A stretch of 64,000 bases of DNA from an uncultured virus (IMG/VR IMGVR_UViG_3300022562_000410) (taxonomy: Duplodnaviria; Heunggongvirae; Uroviricota; Caudoviricetes). Shown here one piece after another: positions 34,917-45,342 of this stretch (positions are counted from its first letter, which is position 1; the number at the start of each line of letters is the position of its first letter). The notes beneath the pieces are model-generated. The model saw only the letters and a program-made list of their open reading frames with translations. It was not told where the DNA came from and did not search any database. Made by a program: the position numbers and the translations under genes. The stretch lies in the IMG/VR virus record IMGVR_UViG_3300022562_000410, one strand, 5' to 3'.

Positions 34917-37084
34917 TGTTCCGGCTCGCTGAAGCCAAGCGAGCAAACAACCGCAGACGTCGAACCACGTCGGTGCGGACATCCGATCGCGTAGTCTTCC
35001 GCATGGGCCTAGACCTCGTCTCCTCCGCCGAGCAGATCGACCCCGGTGCCTTACTGTCCTGCAGGAACTACGAGGTTCAGTACCTGAGCGGCAGGAAAGG
35101 GCCGGGAAGCGGTTATCGACGGCTGGCCGGATTCGAGGTCTTCGATGGCCACCCAAGGCCGCACATGGCCGAATACTGGCGAGTGGACCTGTCCTCAATA
35201 GCGGGCGGGCCCTTCGTTTACGGCGAGACCGTGACGGACGGTGTGGAGACAGCCATCGTGGTGGCTTACGTGGTTGACGAGGCTGCTGCCGATGACACCG
35301 GCTATATCATCATTACCGACCTGACCAACGACGTCGACGAAGGCGCAACATGGACAGGCAACACCTCAGGAGCCACCGCCTACGGCGCTGGCAGCACCGA
35401 GTATCAAGGACAGGAAGACGAGGACCTGCACGACGCCGCCCAGTTGCTGGCCGAAGACTATCGCCGAGCGTTCATCCAGAAGGTGGGTGAAGGGCTCTGT
35501 GAAGGCCCGGTGCGCGGAGTCCACGTCTACAATGACACCGTGTACGCTTTCCGTGATCTGATTGGCGGAACAGGCGGCTCCATGTGGCGCAGCACGGTCT
35601 CTGGCTGGGAGCAGATCGATCTCGGCTGGCAGGTGCGCTTCGAACAGGGGGAGAAACAACCGAACGAGGGGGATACCTTGACCGGTGTGTCAAGTGGGGC
35701 CTCGTGTGTCATACGAAGGATCGTCAGCACCAGCGGCATGTGGGCGGGTGGCGACGGCGTCGGGTATTTCGTGACCGACACCATTGTCAACGGGCCTTTC
35801 GTTTCGGGTGAAGACCTGCAGGTATCCGGGGTCAAGATAGCGATCAGCAATACCGCTCTGGCGCAGCAGCAGCAGTCCATCGCCACGGGCGGGAAATACA
35901 GCTTCCGCAACTACAACTTCGGTGGTCACACCTCGACCTATCGCATGTATGGCGTTAATGGTGTCAGCAATGCGTTCGAGTTTGACGGCACCTACTTTGT
36001 ACCGATCGAGACTGGCATGGCCTTTGACCAGCCGATCCTCATCGGCGTCCATCGTGGCCAGATGCTGCTGGCCTACGTGGGCGGTTCGCTGCAGCACTCC
36101 GGCAAGAACAACCCGCTCTCGTTTCAGCCCGTGCTTGGGGCGAACGAGATCACGGCTGGAGATGAGATCGTCGGCTTCATCGAGGAAATCGGCGACGTGT
36201 CCTTCGTGTTCACCCGCAACAAGACCTACCGGCTGGAGGGCTTCGTGCAGGAGAACATCCAGCTCAAGCTGCATAATTCGGAGACCGGGGCGCTGGCCAA
36301 CTCGATCCAGCGGATCGGGCGGTCGATCTACCTCGATGACCGTGGCTTCACGCAGCTCCCGACCACGGATGCTTTCGGTGACTTCGCCTCGAACCAGATC
36401 AGTCAGGCCATCAGCACGCTGGTGCAGTCTTTTCTGGCTACCTCGGATATCGAGACCTCGATCATCAACCGGACCCAGAGCCTGTACCGCTGCTTCTTCG
36501 AGAATCAGGGCGCAATCTCGATCTGTTTCTCGGGTAACAAGAGCATCGGCATCACGGCCATCGACTACGGCCTGAGCGTCAGCGGCTCGGCCAATGGCAA
36601 CATGAACAACGAGAACGGCAAGAAGGTCGAACGCCTGTTCCTGTGCGACAACGATGGCTGGGTCTACGAGATCGACGTGGGGCGCAACTTCAACGGCCAG
36701 CCCATGGAGGCGTACTTCGTGACGGCCTATCACTTCTCAGGGTCGTCAGAGCACAACAAGCGCTACCGGAGAGCGACCGTCTATGTCACTGGCGAAGGGA
36801 GAACTACGCTTCGAGTATCGGCGGACTACGACTACAACGAAGCGCCGACTAACTTCGAGCGTATCCTCGATGAGGCCATTCCCCTTGGTGGTGGTCGATA
36901 CGGCATTGATCGACACAATCAGTTTCTCTATTCACGGGCCTCGGAAGGCGACGTTCGTGTTCCGATGGATTCGCACGCCCGGAACGTCAGTCTCATCGTC
37001 TACCACAAGGAGGTGAACGAGAACCCGCACGTTGTCCACGCTGTTCATTATCACGTCAGCCCAAGGAAGATCATCAGACGCTAA
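34913..37084 (+). CDS. Tail nozzle/DNA-stabilisation protein (P22 gp10/tubular B-like)
   Basis: Beta-propeller-like 723 aa after adaptor; NKRYRR near C-terminus. Confidence 0.7.
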   Translation: MMFRLAEAKRANNRRRRTTSVRTSDRVVFRMGLDLVSSAEQIDPGALLSCRNYEVQYLSGRKGPGSGYRRLAGFEVFDGHPRPHMAEYWRVDLSSIAGGPFVYGETVTDGVETAIVVAYVVDEAAADDTGYIIITDLTNDVDEGATWTGNTSGATAYGAGSTEYQGQEDEDLHDAAQLLAEDYRRAFIQKVGEGLCEGPVRGVHVYNDTVYAFRDLIGGTGGSMWRSTVSGWEQIDLGWQVRFEQGEKQPNEGDTLTGVSSGASCVIRRIVSTSGMWAGGDGVGYFVTDTIVNGPFVSGEDLQVSGVKIAISNTALAQQQQSIATGGKYSFRNYNFGGHTSTYRMYGVNGVSNAFEFDGTYFVPIETGMAFDQPILIGVHRGQMLLAYVGGSLQHSGKNNPLSFQPVLGANEITAGDEIVGFIEEIGDVSFVFTRNKTYRLEGFVQENIQLKLHNSETGALANSIQRIGRSIYLDDRGFTQLPTTDAFGDFASNQISQAISTLVQSFLATSDIETSIINRTQSLYRCFFENQGAISICFSGNKSIGITAIDYGLSVSGSANGNMNNENGKKVERLFLCDNDGWVYEIDVGRNFNGQPMEAYFVTAYHFSGSSEHNKRYRRATVYVTGEGRTTLRVSADYDYNEAPTNFERILDEAIPLGGGRYGIDRHNQFLYSRASEGDVRVPMDSHARNVSLIVYHKEVNENPHVVHAVHYHVSPRKIIRR

Positions 37085-37656
37085 TGGCCGCTCTCGAACC
37101 GTATACCAATACCTACACCGACGTCGCTGATTCGATCATGGACGCCGATGACCTCGTGGCCGAGTTCTGGCGCGTGGCGTACTTCCTTGCGCTCTGGGGC
37201 GAGGGCGTCGAAGCCATTGGCCGCAAGGATGAGTACACCCTGTACATCGAGGAAATCGAGGGGCAACTGGCTGAGATTCTGCCCGCCCGTGGGCTGATCC
37301 AGCGCTTGGAAGTCAGCTACGACACCGAGCAGTTCGAGGTATCGATCCAGCCGCACACCGTGGGAGCGCCGTTCAGGGTCTATATCGTGATCCGTTGCGC
37401 CAACCCGAACACCCGGTTTACGGTTTCAGCCCCTGCCGGAGAGAGCCACGTCTTCAGCGTGCAACGCACTCAGCAGGAGTTCCAGTCCACGGCTGAGCGG
37501 TTCATGCCGTCGCAGGTGATCGCTGACGGTTGGTACACCGCCACGGTGATCGTGACCTACGGTAGCGAGAAGGGCGTCAAGGTAATCGTGCATTCCGCCA
37601 ACCCGGAGGAAGAGGTGGTGGACTTCAACGACGTACTGAGTACGAGGCCGGTCTGA
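37084..37656 (+). CDS. Tail protein, paralogue group 1
   Basis: N-terminal motifs shared with the next two genes. Confidence 0.65.
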   Translation: MAALEPYTNTYTDVADSIMDADDLVAEFWRVAYFLALWGEGVEAIGRKDEYTLYIEEIEGQLAEILPARGLIQRLEVSYDTEQFEVSIQPHTVGAPFRVYIVIRCANPNTRFTVSAPAGESHVFSVQRTQQEFQSTAERFMPSQVIADGWYTATVIVTYGSEKGVKVIVHSANPEEEVVDFNDVLSTRPV

Positions 37657-38240
37657 TGCCACTGCCAGCAGAATGCATCTACATCCCGCAGATCACTGCC
37701 GAGTTTGGCAAGACGATCACCAACGAGGAAATCGACCGGGAGTTTCAGGAGATCGAGCGGGTCTTCAATTGCTTCGAAGAAGCGATCGGCAGCTACACCT
37801 CGGAGGAGACCAACATCCACGATTACGGGGTAATCGACAACTCGTACACCCTGACCCCGGCTTTCGGCATCCTGCAGTACATGGAGCTGCTGGGAGACGT
37901 AGAGCTGGAGATGGACATCCCCGGTGAGGATGATCCCAAGCTGATCACACTGATCATTGCCAACGCAGGCTCCATCGAGCTGGGCACTTACGGGCGTTTC
38001 AACTTCAAGAGCGGTACCACGTGGTCGGCGGATCGGGACCTGCCGATGGATGGCAAGCCGTGGAACATGTGGGCCAACCTTGACAGCACCGAGACCGGCA
38101 CCCAGTACCCCGGCTTCTATGGCGGAATCGTGAACTGCATCTGGGATGGCGTGGGCTGGGTTCACCTCGTTTATGCCCGTCACCATCTGAACATCTTCGT
38201 CCCCACTCCCGATCCAGACGACATCTACGACTGGCTGTGA
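37656..38240 (+). CDS. Tail protein, paralogue group 1
   Basis: EIDREFQEIERVF, TLTPAFGILQYMEL. Confidence 0.65.
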   Translation: MPLPAECIYIPQITAEFGKTITNEEIDREFQEIERVFNCFEEAIGSYTSEETNIHDYGVIDNSYTLTPAFGILQYMELLGDVELEMDIPGEDDPKLITLIIANAGSIELGTYGRFNFKSGTTWSADRDLPMDGKPWNMWANLDSTETGTQYPGFYGGIVNCIWDGVGWVHLVYARHHLNIFVPTPDPDDIYDWL

Positions 38241-38241
38241 C

Positions 38242-41148
38242 GTGGCGCTCTATATCAACAACTTCAGGGGGCGTGCCGGTCGGCTGGAACAGGCTAAGCA
38301 CATCGTGCGCGAGTTCGACGCCATCGAGGCGGCGTTTGCCAAGCTGCAGGCCCTCAACGTTGCGTCTTACCTGACGATCTACACCAACTCGACGGTGCTG
38401 ACAGGCACGGTCACGATCCAGCCGGACAACGGCTACCTGCAGGAACTGACCCTGACCTCGGATACTTCGATCGAGATCGCCGTGCCGTTGAACGAGAGCC
38501 AGTACCGTCTATGCCTGCTGATCCATGGCTCGGGCTACACGGTGACCAACCTGTGGGGCGCTCAGACATGGAAAGAGTACGGTCTCGGGAGCTGGTGGGA
38601 CCTGTACTGCGGGAACGGCGAATACGCCTCGATGATGCTGGAGTTCTACTGGGACATCTGTGACCACACATGGATTTGCGTGGCGTTCTCCAAGAACCAG
38701 ATGAACACCTTCGTGGCAGGTACGGCGCAGCGCTTCTATCCGCTGCACTGCAACCTGTGGAACATCGAGCATGACGATCAGCTTGGCTTCAGCCGTGCCA
38801 GCTTCGGCATGACCATCGACGACCATCAGGCCTATCACTTCCTCAGGAACGAGGAACCCCGCTTTCATGGTGCGCGATACATCGACAACTGGTGCGCCAC
38901 GCCCAGCGACCTGACCAGTGTAGGGTGGACCCCGACCGACTGCACTGTCACCACGGACACAGGCGCGGGGCCTTCAGGACAGGACGTACAGCGGTTGAGC
39001 TTTGATGTCACTGGTGGCCGCTTGGCAGCGTACGTCCTGCCTGCCTTTGGTCGGGCCTCGACGCAGGCCGATTCGATCAAGGTGGCGGTCCGGTTCAAGG
39101 GGCAGGGGGTGAACGGGCCTGAGAGCGTCCGGGTTCGCGCTGCGTTCATGGGTAAGGTCACGCTCGACCCTCCGGTGCATGATCAGGTGCAAGTGGACAT
39201 GACGGCGAGCTGGGAGGAATACGGCTGCGTGCTGGACGTGACCAAGGAGGACAACGCCACCACCTCGATGGCGCTGGACCGTGAATACCCACGGACCCTG
39301 ATCGAAATCGCCTTTGTAAGCCCCTCAGGCAGCGCAGGAGGCGATATCAGGATCACGGACGTGCAGTTCGAGGTCCTGAGGGGTACGGACGAGGAGACGG
39401 TACAGGAGATTGTTGACGGCGGGATCGGGGCCTCGATGACCCTGACGTCTTCTGGAACCGGTTCATGGGTCGATGGCACCAAGACCATGACGCTGGCCAC
39501 TCCCGGCGAGTATGTCGATTTCTCAGCCAATCTGGAGGTGGGCAAGTCGTACCTCGTGCATCCCCGGCTGCAAAGCGGCGATGCCTGCGACATTCGCATG
39601 GTCAATGAGCTGACCGTGTGGGCGGCTGGGCTGGTTTCAGACGACCTGTACCTGCAAGACGCGCCGTTCGTGTTCCAGTACGACGGTGGCATCCTGAAGT
39701 TCGTGCTGGTCGAGGGCACCTCCTCGATCTACCTCGTGGACATCTACGAGCTGACCGGGCAGCACAGCGTATCCTGCTACCAGAATCTGACTGCAGTGAG
39801 CGACAACGGTGCGCTGTTCGAGGCGATCGCTGATCCGCCGATCCCGGTTTCATCCGGCATTCTTGATGGCGTGGCCCGTGAGATCGCATCGAGCAACCTG
39901 ATCCCATATGCGTTCTTCCGCACGTTCACAGCGTGGGATCAGGCGGGGCTGACAGGGCACGCCGTCAACGACTGCCGGACCCCCGTCTTCCAGAGCGAAT
40001 ACGGCATCGACCAGTGGCCAGCACGGGCGACGATCCTACAGGGCGCGAGCACGGTCACGGACGGCTTCATTCAGCGCCTGTTCTCGATCCCGGCATCAGT
40101 CCAAAGCTACGACTTCCAGATGTGGATCAGGCGCACGTTCGACGAGGAAGGTAACCAGATTTACTTCCCCCAGCACAACGACGTGAAGACGCCGATCTCG
40201 CGCTACGTTGATTTCGAGGCCGAGCTGACGGGCGGCAGCAGCATTATTGGTGGGCCGCGCATCCGTCTGGACCTGCAGACCGGCAACTTCGTCACCTCTG
40301 ATGACACCGCTTACGATGGGCTGGGTATCTACGAATGGGATGACTGGTACCACATCGTCGTGCAGATATCGAACGACGGTACCCATACCGGCTTCCGGGT
40401 ACGGGTGTACCCGTCCAGCGCCGACGATCCTGATCCCAACGTGATCGATGTCACCAATACCGGCTGGGTGATCATCGACTGGGCACAATTCGAGGTCACG
40501 GGTGGCACTTACGGCGGCAGTTCGCCCATCATCGGCGCGATGACACGGGACGTAGAGGACTTCACCTCAGGCCTGCAGGATGGCTATTTCTACCGGCTTG
40601 ACAACATGACGCTGGTAGCGACCCTGACGGCGGGGGATTTGATCTGGGTTAATGCGGACGGCGTATATGAGAACTTGCTCTATAGCACCAGCCTGCAGGA
40701 AGCCTCGGTGGTCTCGCGCAACATGCACGAGTTCGGTCTGGTGGAGGCTGAAACACCCGCATTGCCAAACCTCGTAGTTGCCACCACCACGCCTTATCCG
40801 ATTGAGGCGGTCGAGGCACTGGATTTCAGTGTGACGCTGGAATCTTCGCTGTTCATGACCATCCCCTTCGCGGAGTTTGATGTCAGCTTCGCGTTCCAGT
40901 CAGGCACGCTGGAGCAAATACTGCTATCAGCCCCGACGCAGACGGCTGACTTTGATACCTCGTTCACCCTCAATACTGCGGTTCTGAATGATTTGCTGTT
41001 GGTGATTTCGCCTCAAGAGGCAGCATTCGACACCTCGTTCGCATTTCTTTCCGGTGAGCTGGTCTCGAAGCTGGTTTCCGCCTTTGCCCCAGACGAGGCA
41101 CTGGATTTCTCGCTTTCCCTGATCGATGGGACACTGACGACGGTATAA
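38242..41148 (+). CDS. Tail fibre/spike-like protein
   Basis: IVREFDAIEAAF N-terminus, carbohydrate-binding-like segments, C-terminal ~26-aa repeats. Confidence 0.7.
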   Translation: MALYINNFRGRAGRLEQAKHIVREFDAIEAAFAKLQALNVASYLTIYTNSTVLTGTVTIQPDNGYLQELTLTSDTSIEIAVPLNESQYRLCLLIHGSGYTVTNLWGAQTWKEYGLGSWWDLYCGNGEYASMMLEFYWDICDHTWICVAFSKNQMNTFVAGTAQRFYPLHCNLWNIEHDDQLGFSRASFGMTIDDHQAYHFLRNEEPRFHGARYIDNWCATPSDLTSVGWTPTDCTVTTDTGAGPSGQDVQRLSFDVTGGRLAAYVLPAFGRASTQADSIKVAVRFKGQGVNGPESVRVRAAFMGKVTLDPPVHDQVQVDMTASWEEYGCVLDVTKEDNATTSMALDREYPRTLIEIAFVSPSGSAGGDIRITDVQFEVLRGTDEETVQEIVDGGIGASMTLTSSGTGSWVDGTKTMTLATPGEYVDFSANLEVGKSYLVHPRLQSGDACDIRMVNELTVWAAGLVSDDLYLQDAPFVFQYDGGILKFVLVEGTSSIYLVDIYELTGQHSVSCYQNLTAVSDNGALFEAIADPPIPVSSGILDGVAREIASSNLIPYAFFRTFTAWDQAGLTGHAVNDCRTPVFQSEYGIDQWPARATILQGASTVTDGFIQRLFSIPASVQSYDFQMWIRRTFDEEGNQIYFPQHNDVKTPISRYVDFEAELTGGSSIIGGPRIRLDLQTGNFVTSDDTAYDGLGIYEWDDWYHIVVQISNDGTHTGFRVRVYPSSADDPDPNVIDVTNTGWVIIDWAQFEVTGGTYGGSSPIIGAMTRDVEDFTSGLQDGYFYRLDNMTLVATLTAGDLIWVNADGVYENLLYSTSLQEASVVSRNMHEFGLVEAETPALPNLVVATTTPYPIEAVEALDFSVTLESSLFMTIPFAEFDVSFAFQSGTLEQILLSAPTQTADFDTSFTLNTAVLNDLLLVISPQEAAFDTSFAFLSGELVSKLVSAFAPDEALDFSLSLIDGTLTTV

Positions 41149-41152
41149 GGAT

Positions 41153-42118
41153 ATGACTTTTCGAATTGGTAAATACAAGGATTTGATCGTTCCGCTGGGG
41201 ACCTTCCACAACAAGATCGGCGGCGAGTTTCGGGTGATCCTGCGAGACCTGCAGGAGCGGGTGCTCTATGACTCGGGGTGGAGGCATAACCTAATTCTCG
41301 ATCAGGGGCTGGATCGGATTGCAAACGCTTCGATCGCTACCTATGGCCATATCGGCAGCAGCTCCACGCCAGCGGCGGTTACAGATACCACCTTGGGGTC
41401 TGAGCTGGCTCGCTCCAACTCCAGCGATCCCAACTTCTACTATCAGGACCCGATCCCTGCGGGACCACCGGACTACTACAACTACAAGACACAGTATTTT
41501 CGCTTTAATGCTGGTGTGGGAACGGGGACGGTCAGGGAGGTAGGTTGCGGCACCACACCCGACACCCTGATCGATGTCCGGCATGTGCTGGGAACGCCTA
41601 TCGTCAAGGCCGCACAGAATGTGCTTGATGTCTATTACCGCTATTCAGCCTATCCAGACCTGACCGACGATGTGGGTCAGGTGACGCTGGACGGTGTGCT
41701 CTACGATTACACTGGCAGAGCCGCTGATGTTGGCCTCTCCAGTTATCAACTGGAGGATGGAAGGAGCGCTGGTCCGGTTAGTTATCCATCGGATATTGGT
41801 ACCTATCGTTATTTCACGGACGGCATGGCGTTGGGGTCCATCACCGGCCTACCGACAGGTGGAACACCGTCCATCGGTCTGGCCTACCTGACCAAGTCGA
41901 CATCCACCTACGTGGCGAGTAATCACTACCTTGATTTCTCATGGTTCATTGATCTGGATGGAGCGAATGATCCCAGTGGTTTTCGGGGCTTGGTGACGCC
42001 GCTCTGGCTCAACTATATCCAGTACATCTTCTCCGCCAATTCTGGTGGCGGGACGATCCCGAAAACCAATACGAAGACGCTTTCCTTCACATGGAGGGTG
42101 AGCTGGTCGAGGCACTGA
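41153..42118 (+). CDS. Tail-associated protein, paralogue group 2
   Basis: NLILDQGLDRI...IPKTNTKTLSFTWRVSW. Confidence 0.7.
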   Translation: MTFRIGKYKDLIVPLGTFHNKIGGEFRVILRDLQERVLYDSGWRHNLILDQGLDRIANASIATYGHIGSSSTPAAVTDTTLGSELARSNSSDPNFYYQDPIPAGPPDYYNYKTQYFRFNAGVGTGTVREVGCGTTPDTLIDVRHVLGTPIVKAAQNVLDVYYRYSAYPDLTDDVGQVTLDGVLYDYTGRAADVGLSSYQLEDGRSAGPVSYPSDIGTYRYFTDGMALGSITGLPTGGTPSIGLAYLTKSTSTYVASNHYLDFSWFIDLDGANDPSGFRGLVTPLWLNYIQYIFSANSGGGTIPKTNTKTLSFTWRVSWSRH

Positions 42119-42119
42119 T

Positions 42120-43097
42120 ATGCATATTCAGACACATAGGGATATTGTCGGCGACCGACCCATCCTGATACCGATCGGGGTCAAGGGCTTCGTCAAGATC
42201 GTCGGGATCAATAAGTTCACCGGACGCAGGCGCGTACTGGCGAACTGGTTCCCGAATAAGGTTCTGGACACCGGCAGGAATTACATCGGCAGCAACAATG
42301 GCTGGATGGATTACTGTCAGGTTGGGACGGACAACACGACGCCGACAGCGGGCGACACAGGCCTGATCGAATGGTTCGCCGGGACAAGCACGAAATATAC
42401 GGATGTGAACTCGGCCCAGCCGTCTTCTCCGTACTATGGCTACCGCAGGATTACTTACCGTTTCGCCCAAGGCAGCACAGCAACGAACCTGTCGGAGGTG
42501 GGTGTGGGCTGGGGGTTATCAGCCGGAGCTAACCTGTTCTCTCGTGCCCTCATTGTCGACCAGTTCGGTAGCACCACCACGGTAACACCGCTGGCCGATG
42601 AGATTCTGGAGGTCACCTACGAGCTGCGGTATTACCCCCCAACTTCTGACGTGAATGGCACGATCGTACTTGATGGCCAGACGTATGACACTGTGATCCG
42701 GGCCTCCGAGGTGAACTCCACTACGTGGCAGTGTGACTTCATTGGGACGATGGTTGGTATCTATTCCAATGGAACGGGCGACTGGAGCGCATGGGATGGA
42801 ACGCTGGGTACAATCATTCAGGCTCCTAACGGCAGTTCACAGGGCATCGACAATGCCGCCAACGTCAGCAATGTTGCGTACGCGAACAACTCGTACCAGC
42901 GTGACATGATCGCTAATTGCGGGATCAATGGCTGGAACCTCGGGGCTGGTATTCGCAGCATCCGCATCAGGACCACTGCCGGGTCTTTCCAGACTCAGTT
43001 CAGCAACCAGTCTGGAGGCACCACGATCCCCAAGACCGTTGCCCAGACCTTGAGCCTGACATGGCGTATTGCATGGGTGGAGGGTGTCGCAGCGTGA
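42120..43097 (+). CDS. Tail-associated protein, paralogue group 2
   Basis: NKVLDTGRNYI...IPKTVAQTLSLTWRIAW. Confidence 0.7.
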   Translation: MHIQTHRDIVGDRPILIPIGVKGFVKIVGINKFTGRRRVLANWFPNKVLDTGRNYIGSNNGWMDYCQVGTDNTTPTAGDTGLIEWFAGTSTKYTDVNSAQPSSPYYGYRRITYRFAQGSTATNLSEVGVGWGLSAGANLFSRALIVDQFGSTTTVTPLADEILEVTYELRYYPPTSDVNGTIVLDGQTYDTVIRASEVNSTTWQCDFIGTMVGIYSNGTGDWSAWDGTLGTIIQAPNGSSQGIDNAANVSNVAYANNSYQRDMIANCGINGWNLGAGIRSIRIRTTAGSFQTQFSNQSGGTTIPKTVAQTLSLTWRIAWVEGVAA

Positions 43098-43702
43098 CGA
43101 TCCGAGAGCACAGGCTGTCGACGCAAGTAGTCGCCGGTACTTTTCTTGACCCGGATGGCCGTGATCGCCAACTGGATGAGGATTACGAGTTAGGGCCGCT
43201 CGCGCCCAATGACACCTCGCTGGGGATCGCTTATCAGCCATGGCACCTGACGTGGGATGGTGGGACCGGTGACTTTACGATCACCCCGGAGACTGCGGGG
43301 ACGCCGGTAGCCGTGCTCAATGCTGCCGGGGTAACCCAGTGCTCACTGGCGTTCGACAACAACGCCCATGTCAATATCGCCTATACCGCGAACGGCAATG
43401 CCTATCTGTACTGGTACGACACACTAATCACGAACTGGACGACGACTAACTTCGGCCCGGATTTCATCACGCCAACCCTGACGCTGGACGATAAACGGGA
43501 TACTCAGTCAGTGATCAATGACATCATCCTCTGGTACACGAAACTGAACCCGGACGGAGAAACCTACAACCTCTATACTCGTGAGCAGCGCGATCGGTTC
43601 CTGACGCCATACGACATGGGGGCATTCCAGCCTTACCTCTATAAAATAGGCATGGACAGCGGGCTGCGGATTCAGATAGCTGGATCGAGCTTCATTTTCT
43701 GA
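43094..43702 (+). CDS. Tail-associated protein
   Basis: GTG start with GGAGG SD; DYELGP, SLAFD, LYWYD, TLDDKR, QRDRF. Confidence 0.7.
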   Translation: MTIREHRLSTQVVAGTFLDPDGRDRQLDEDYELGPLAPNDTSLGIAYQPWHLTWDGGTGDFTITPETAGTPVAVLNAAGVTQCSLAFDNNAHVNIAYTANGNAYLYWYDTLITNWTTTNFGPDFITPTLTLDDKRDTQSVINDIILWYTKLNPDGETYNLYTREQRDRFLTPYDMGAFQPYLYKIGMDSGLRIQIAGSSFIF

Positions 43703-43712
43703 GGACAGAGTT

Positions 43713-44879
43713 ATGGCAACGGAAGACAAGTACAGCTTCTTGAACGGCACCAAGACCGCCACCAAGCCAAAGAACACGGATGTTTATGATCCAAACGCTG
43801 GGGCCAGTGATGCTTCGACCCAGAGCGATGGCTCAGAGAATCCAACACTACCACCCGGCGAAGGCACCCAGCCGGGGCCGGATGTCACAGTTACCGATCA
43901 AGGTGGCACGGATACCGGGAGCACGGACCCCAACAATCCTGTTCCACCGACGCAGAACACCGTGCCGGATTACACCCCGGAGGATTACTCTGGCGAGGTA
44001 GGGCAGAACACCGTCGACCCGGCGACCAAGATCGATACAACGCCACCGCCTGCAGGTGATGTGCCCTTCGTGACATCCTCGGGCACGGCTGAACCGACCA
44101 TGACGCCATGGGAGGTCACTCGCGAACAGACGGTGCAGGGGCAGCTTACCGATCTGTACAACCGTGACAGCCCGTTCTTCGAGACCGCACGCCAGCGGGC
44201 GATACGATCTGCACTGAGCGGTGGTGCCCAGAACTCCGCCATGGCTGGGGCTTTCGGTGAGCTGGCGGCGATGGACGAGGCCTTCAAGGTCGGGTTTGCT
44301 GATGCCCAGACCTATGCCCAGTCGGCCCAGTTCAATGCCCAGATGGCGAATCAGTTCTCGCTGGCGGAGCAGCAGTTCGTACATAACGCCCTACTGAGTG
44401 ACCAGAACTACCGGCAGGCGCGAGAGCTGCAGACCCAGCGTATCGCGGGGCAGCTCAAGGCGATTGTGGCTGACTATCAGGGGCGGTCGGCGCTGATGGA
44501 TCAGGAGCTGCAGAACTGGTTCACGCAGGCCAAGCAGGCACACGAATACCAGATCGACCTACTGTATGAGCAGGGGGCACTGGCCGAGGGCCAGTCAGGC
44601 CGGGACTTCGCCCGGACCATGGTGCTCAATGGGATGAACACCATGACCAACTTCTATACCAATGCATTTGCTGCGGTCATGCAGTACGCCAACAACCCGA
44701 ACTTCACACCGGAACAACAGAAAGCGGCGATGGAGAACGGAATGGCGTGGGCGCAATCGCAGTGGGATATGCTGCAGGCTTACTGGGGTCAGTGGGCGGC
44801 AGGCGGACCGCCGATGCAAAGTTTCCTCGGTGGGACCAGCAACTGGTACGACTGGAGTCAACCATACACGGGAGGCTAA
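43713..44879 (+). CDS. Putative internal virion/ejection protein
   Basis: P/T-rich N-terminus, Q/A-rich helical remainder. Confidence 0.6.
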   Translation: MATEDKYSFLNGTKTATKPKNTDVYDPNAGASDASTQSDGSENPTLPPGEGTQPGPDVTVTDQGGTDTGSTDPNNPVPPTQNTVPDYTPEDYSGEVGQNTVDPATKIDTTPPPAGDVPFVTSSGTAEPTMTPWEVTREQTVQGQLTDLYNRDSPFFETARQRAIRSALSGGAQNSAMAGAFGELAAMDEAFKVGFADAQTYAQSAQFNAQMANQFSLAEQQFVHNALLSDQNYRQARELQTQRIAGQLKAIVADYQGRSALMDQELQNWFTQAKQAHEYQIDLLYEQGALAEGQSGRDFARTMVLNGMNTMTNFYTNAFAAVMQYANNPNFTPEQQKAAMENGMAWAQSQWDMLQAYWGQWAAGGPPMQSFLGGTSNWYDWSQPYTGG

Positions 44880-44880
44880 T

Positions 44881-45342
44881 TTGATCCGAAAGGCCAAAGA
44901 GGAAGATATTCCATTCATCATCGAGATAGGACAGCGACTGCATCAGAGATCAGGTAATGAAGAGGTGGCAATACACAGGCCTACAGTTTTCTCGGTTCTC
45001 CGGGTTTTCATTGTTGCCAGAGACAAGCTCTGCCTCGTCTCGGAACGGGACAATCTGCTGCGCGGATTTCTCATGGCCAGCATCGAACCCTTCTGGTGGG
45101 CCGACCCGGTACGTGGTCGCCGATACGTCACCGATTGGGCGTTCTACTCTGAGATCAGGGGAGATGGTGTTCTTATGCTGAAGGCGATGCAGGAGTGGGC
45201 GTGGATGCAGCCTCGGGTGGTCGAGGTAGCCTGCGCCACCAACGTGCCCAAGGGCCGTGGCGTGGTCGACCGGTTGTTCGATCAGGCAGGGTTCCAGCGT
45301 GTGGGCGGACGTTACAAGGTGAGCAAGCCTGATGATCGTTGA
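44881..45342 (+). CDS. GNAT-fold acetyltransferase-like protein
   Basis: TTG start after GGAGG; IRKAKEEDIP...RLFDQAGF. Confidence 0.7.
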   Translation: MIRKAKEEDIPFIIEIGQRLHQRSGNEEVAIHRPTVFSVLRVFIVARDKLCLVSERDNLLRGFLMASIEPFWWADPVRGRRYVTDWAFYSEIRGDGVLMLKAMQEWAWMQPRVVEVACATNVPKGRGVVDRLFDQAGFQRVGGRYKVSKPDDR

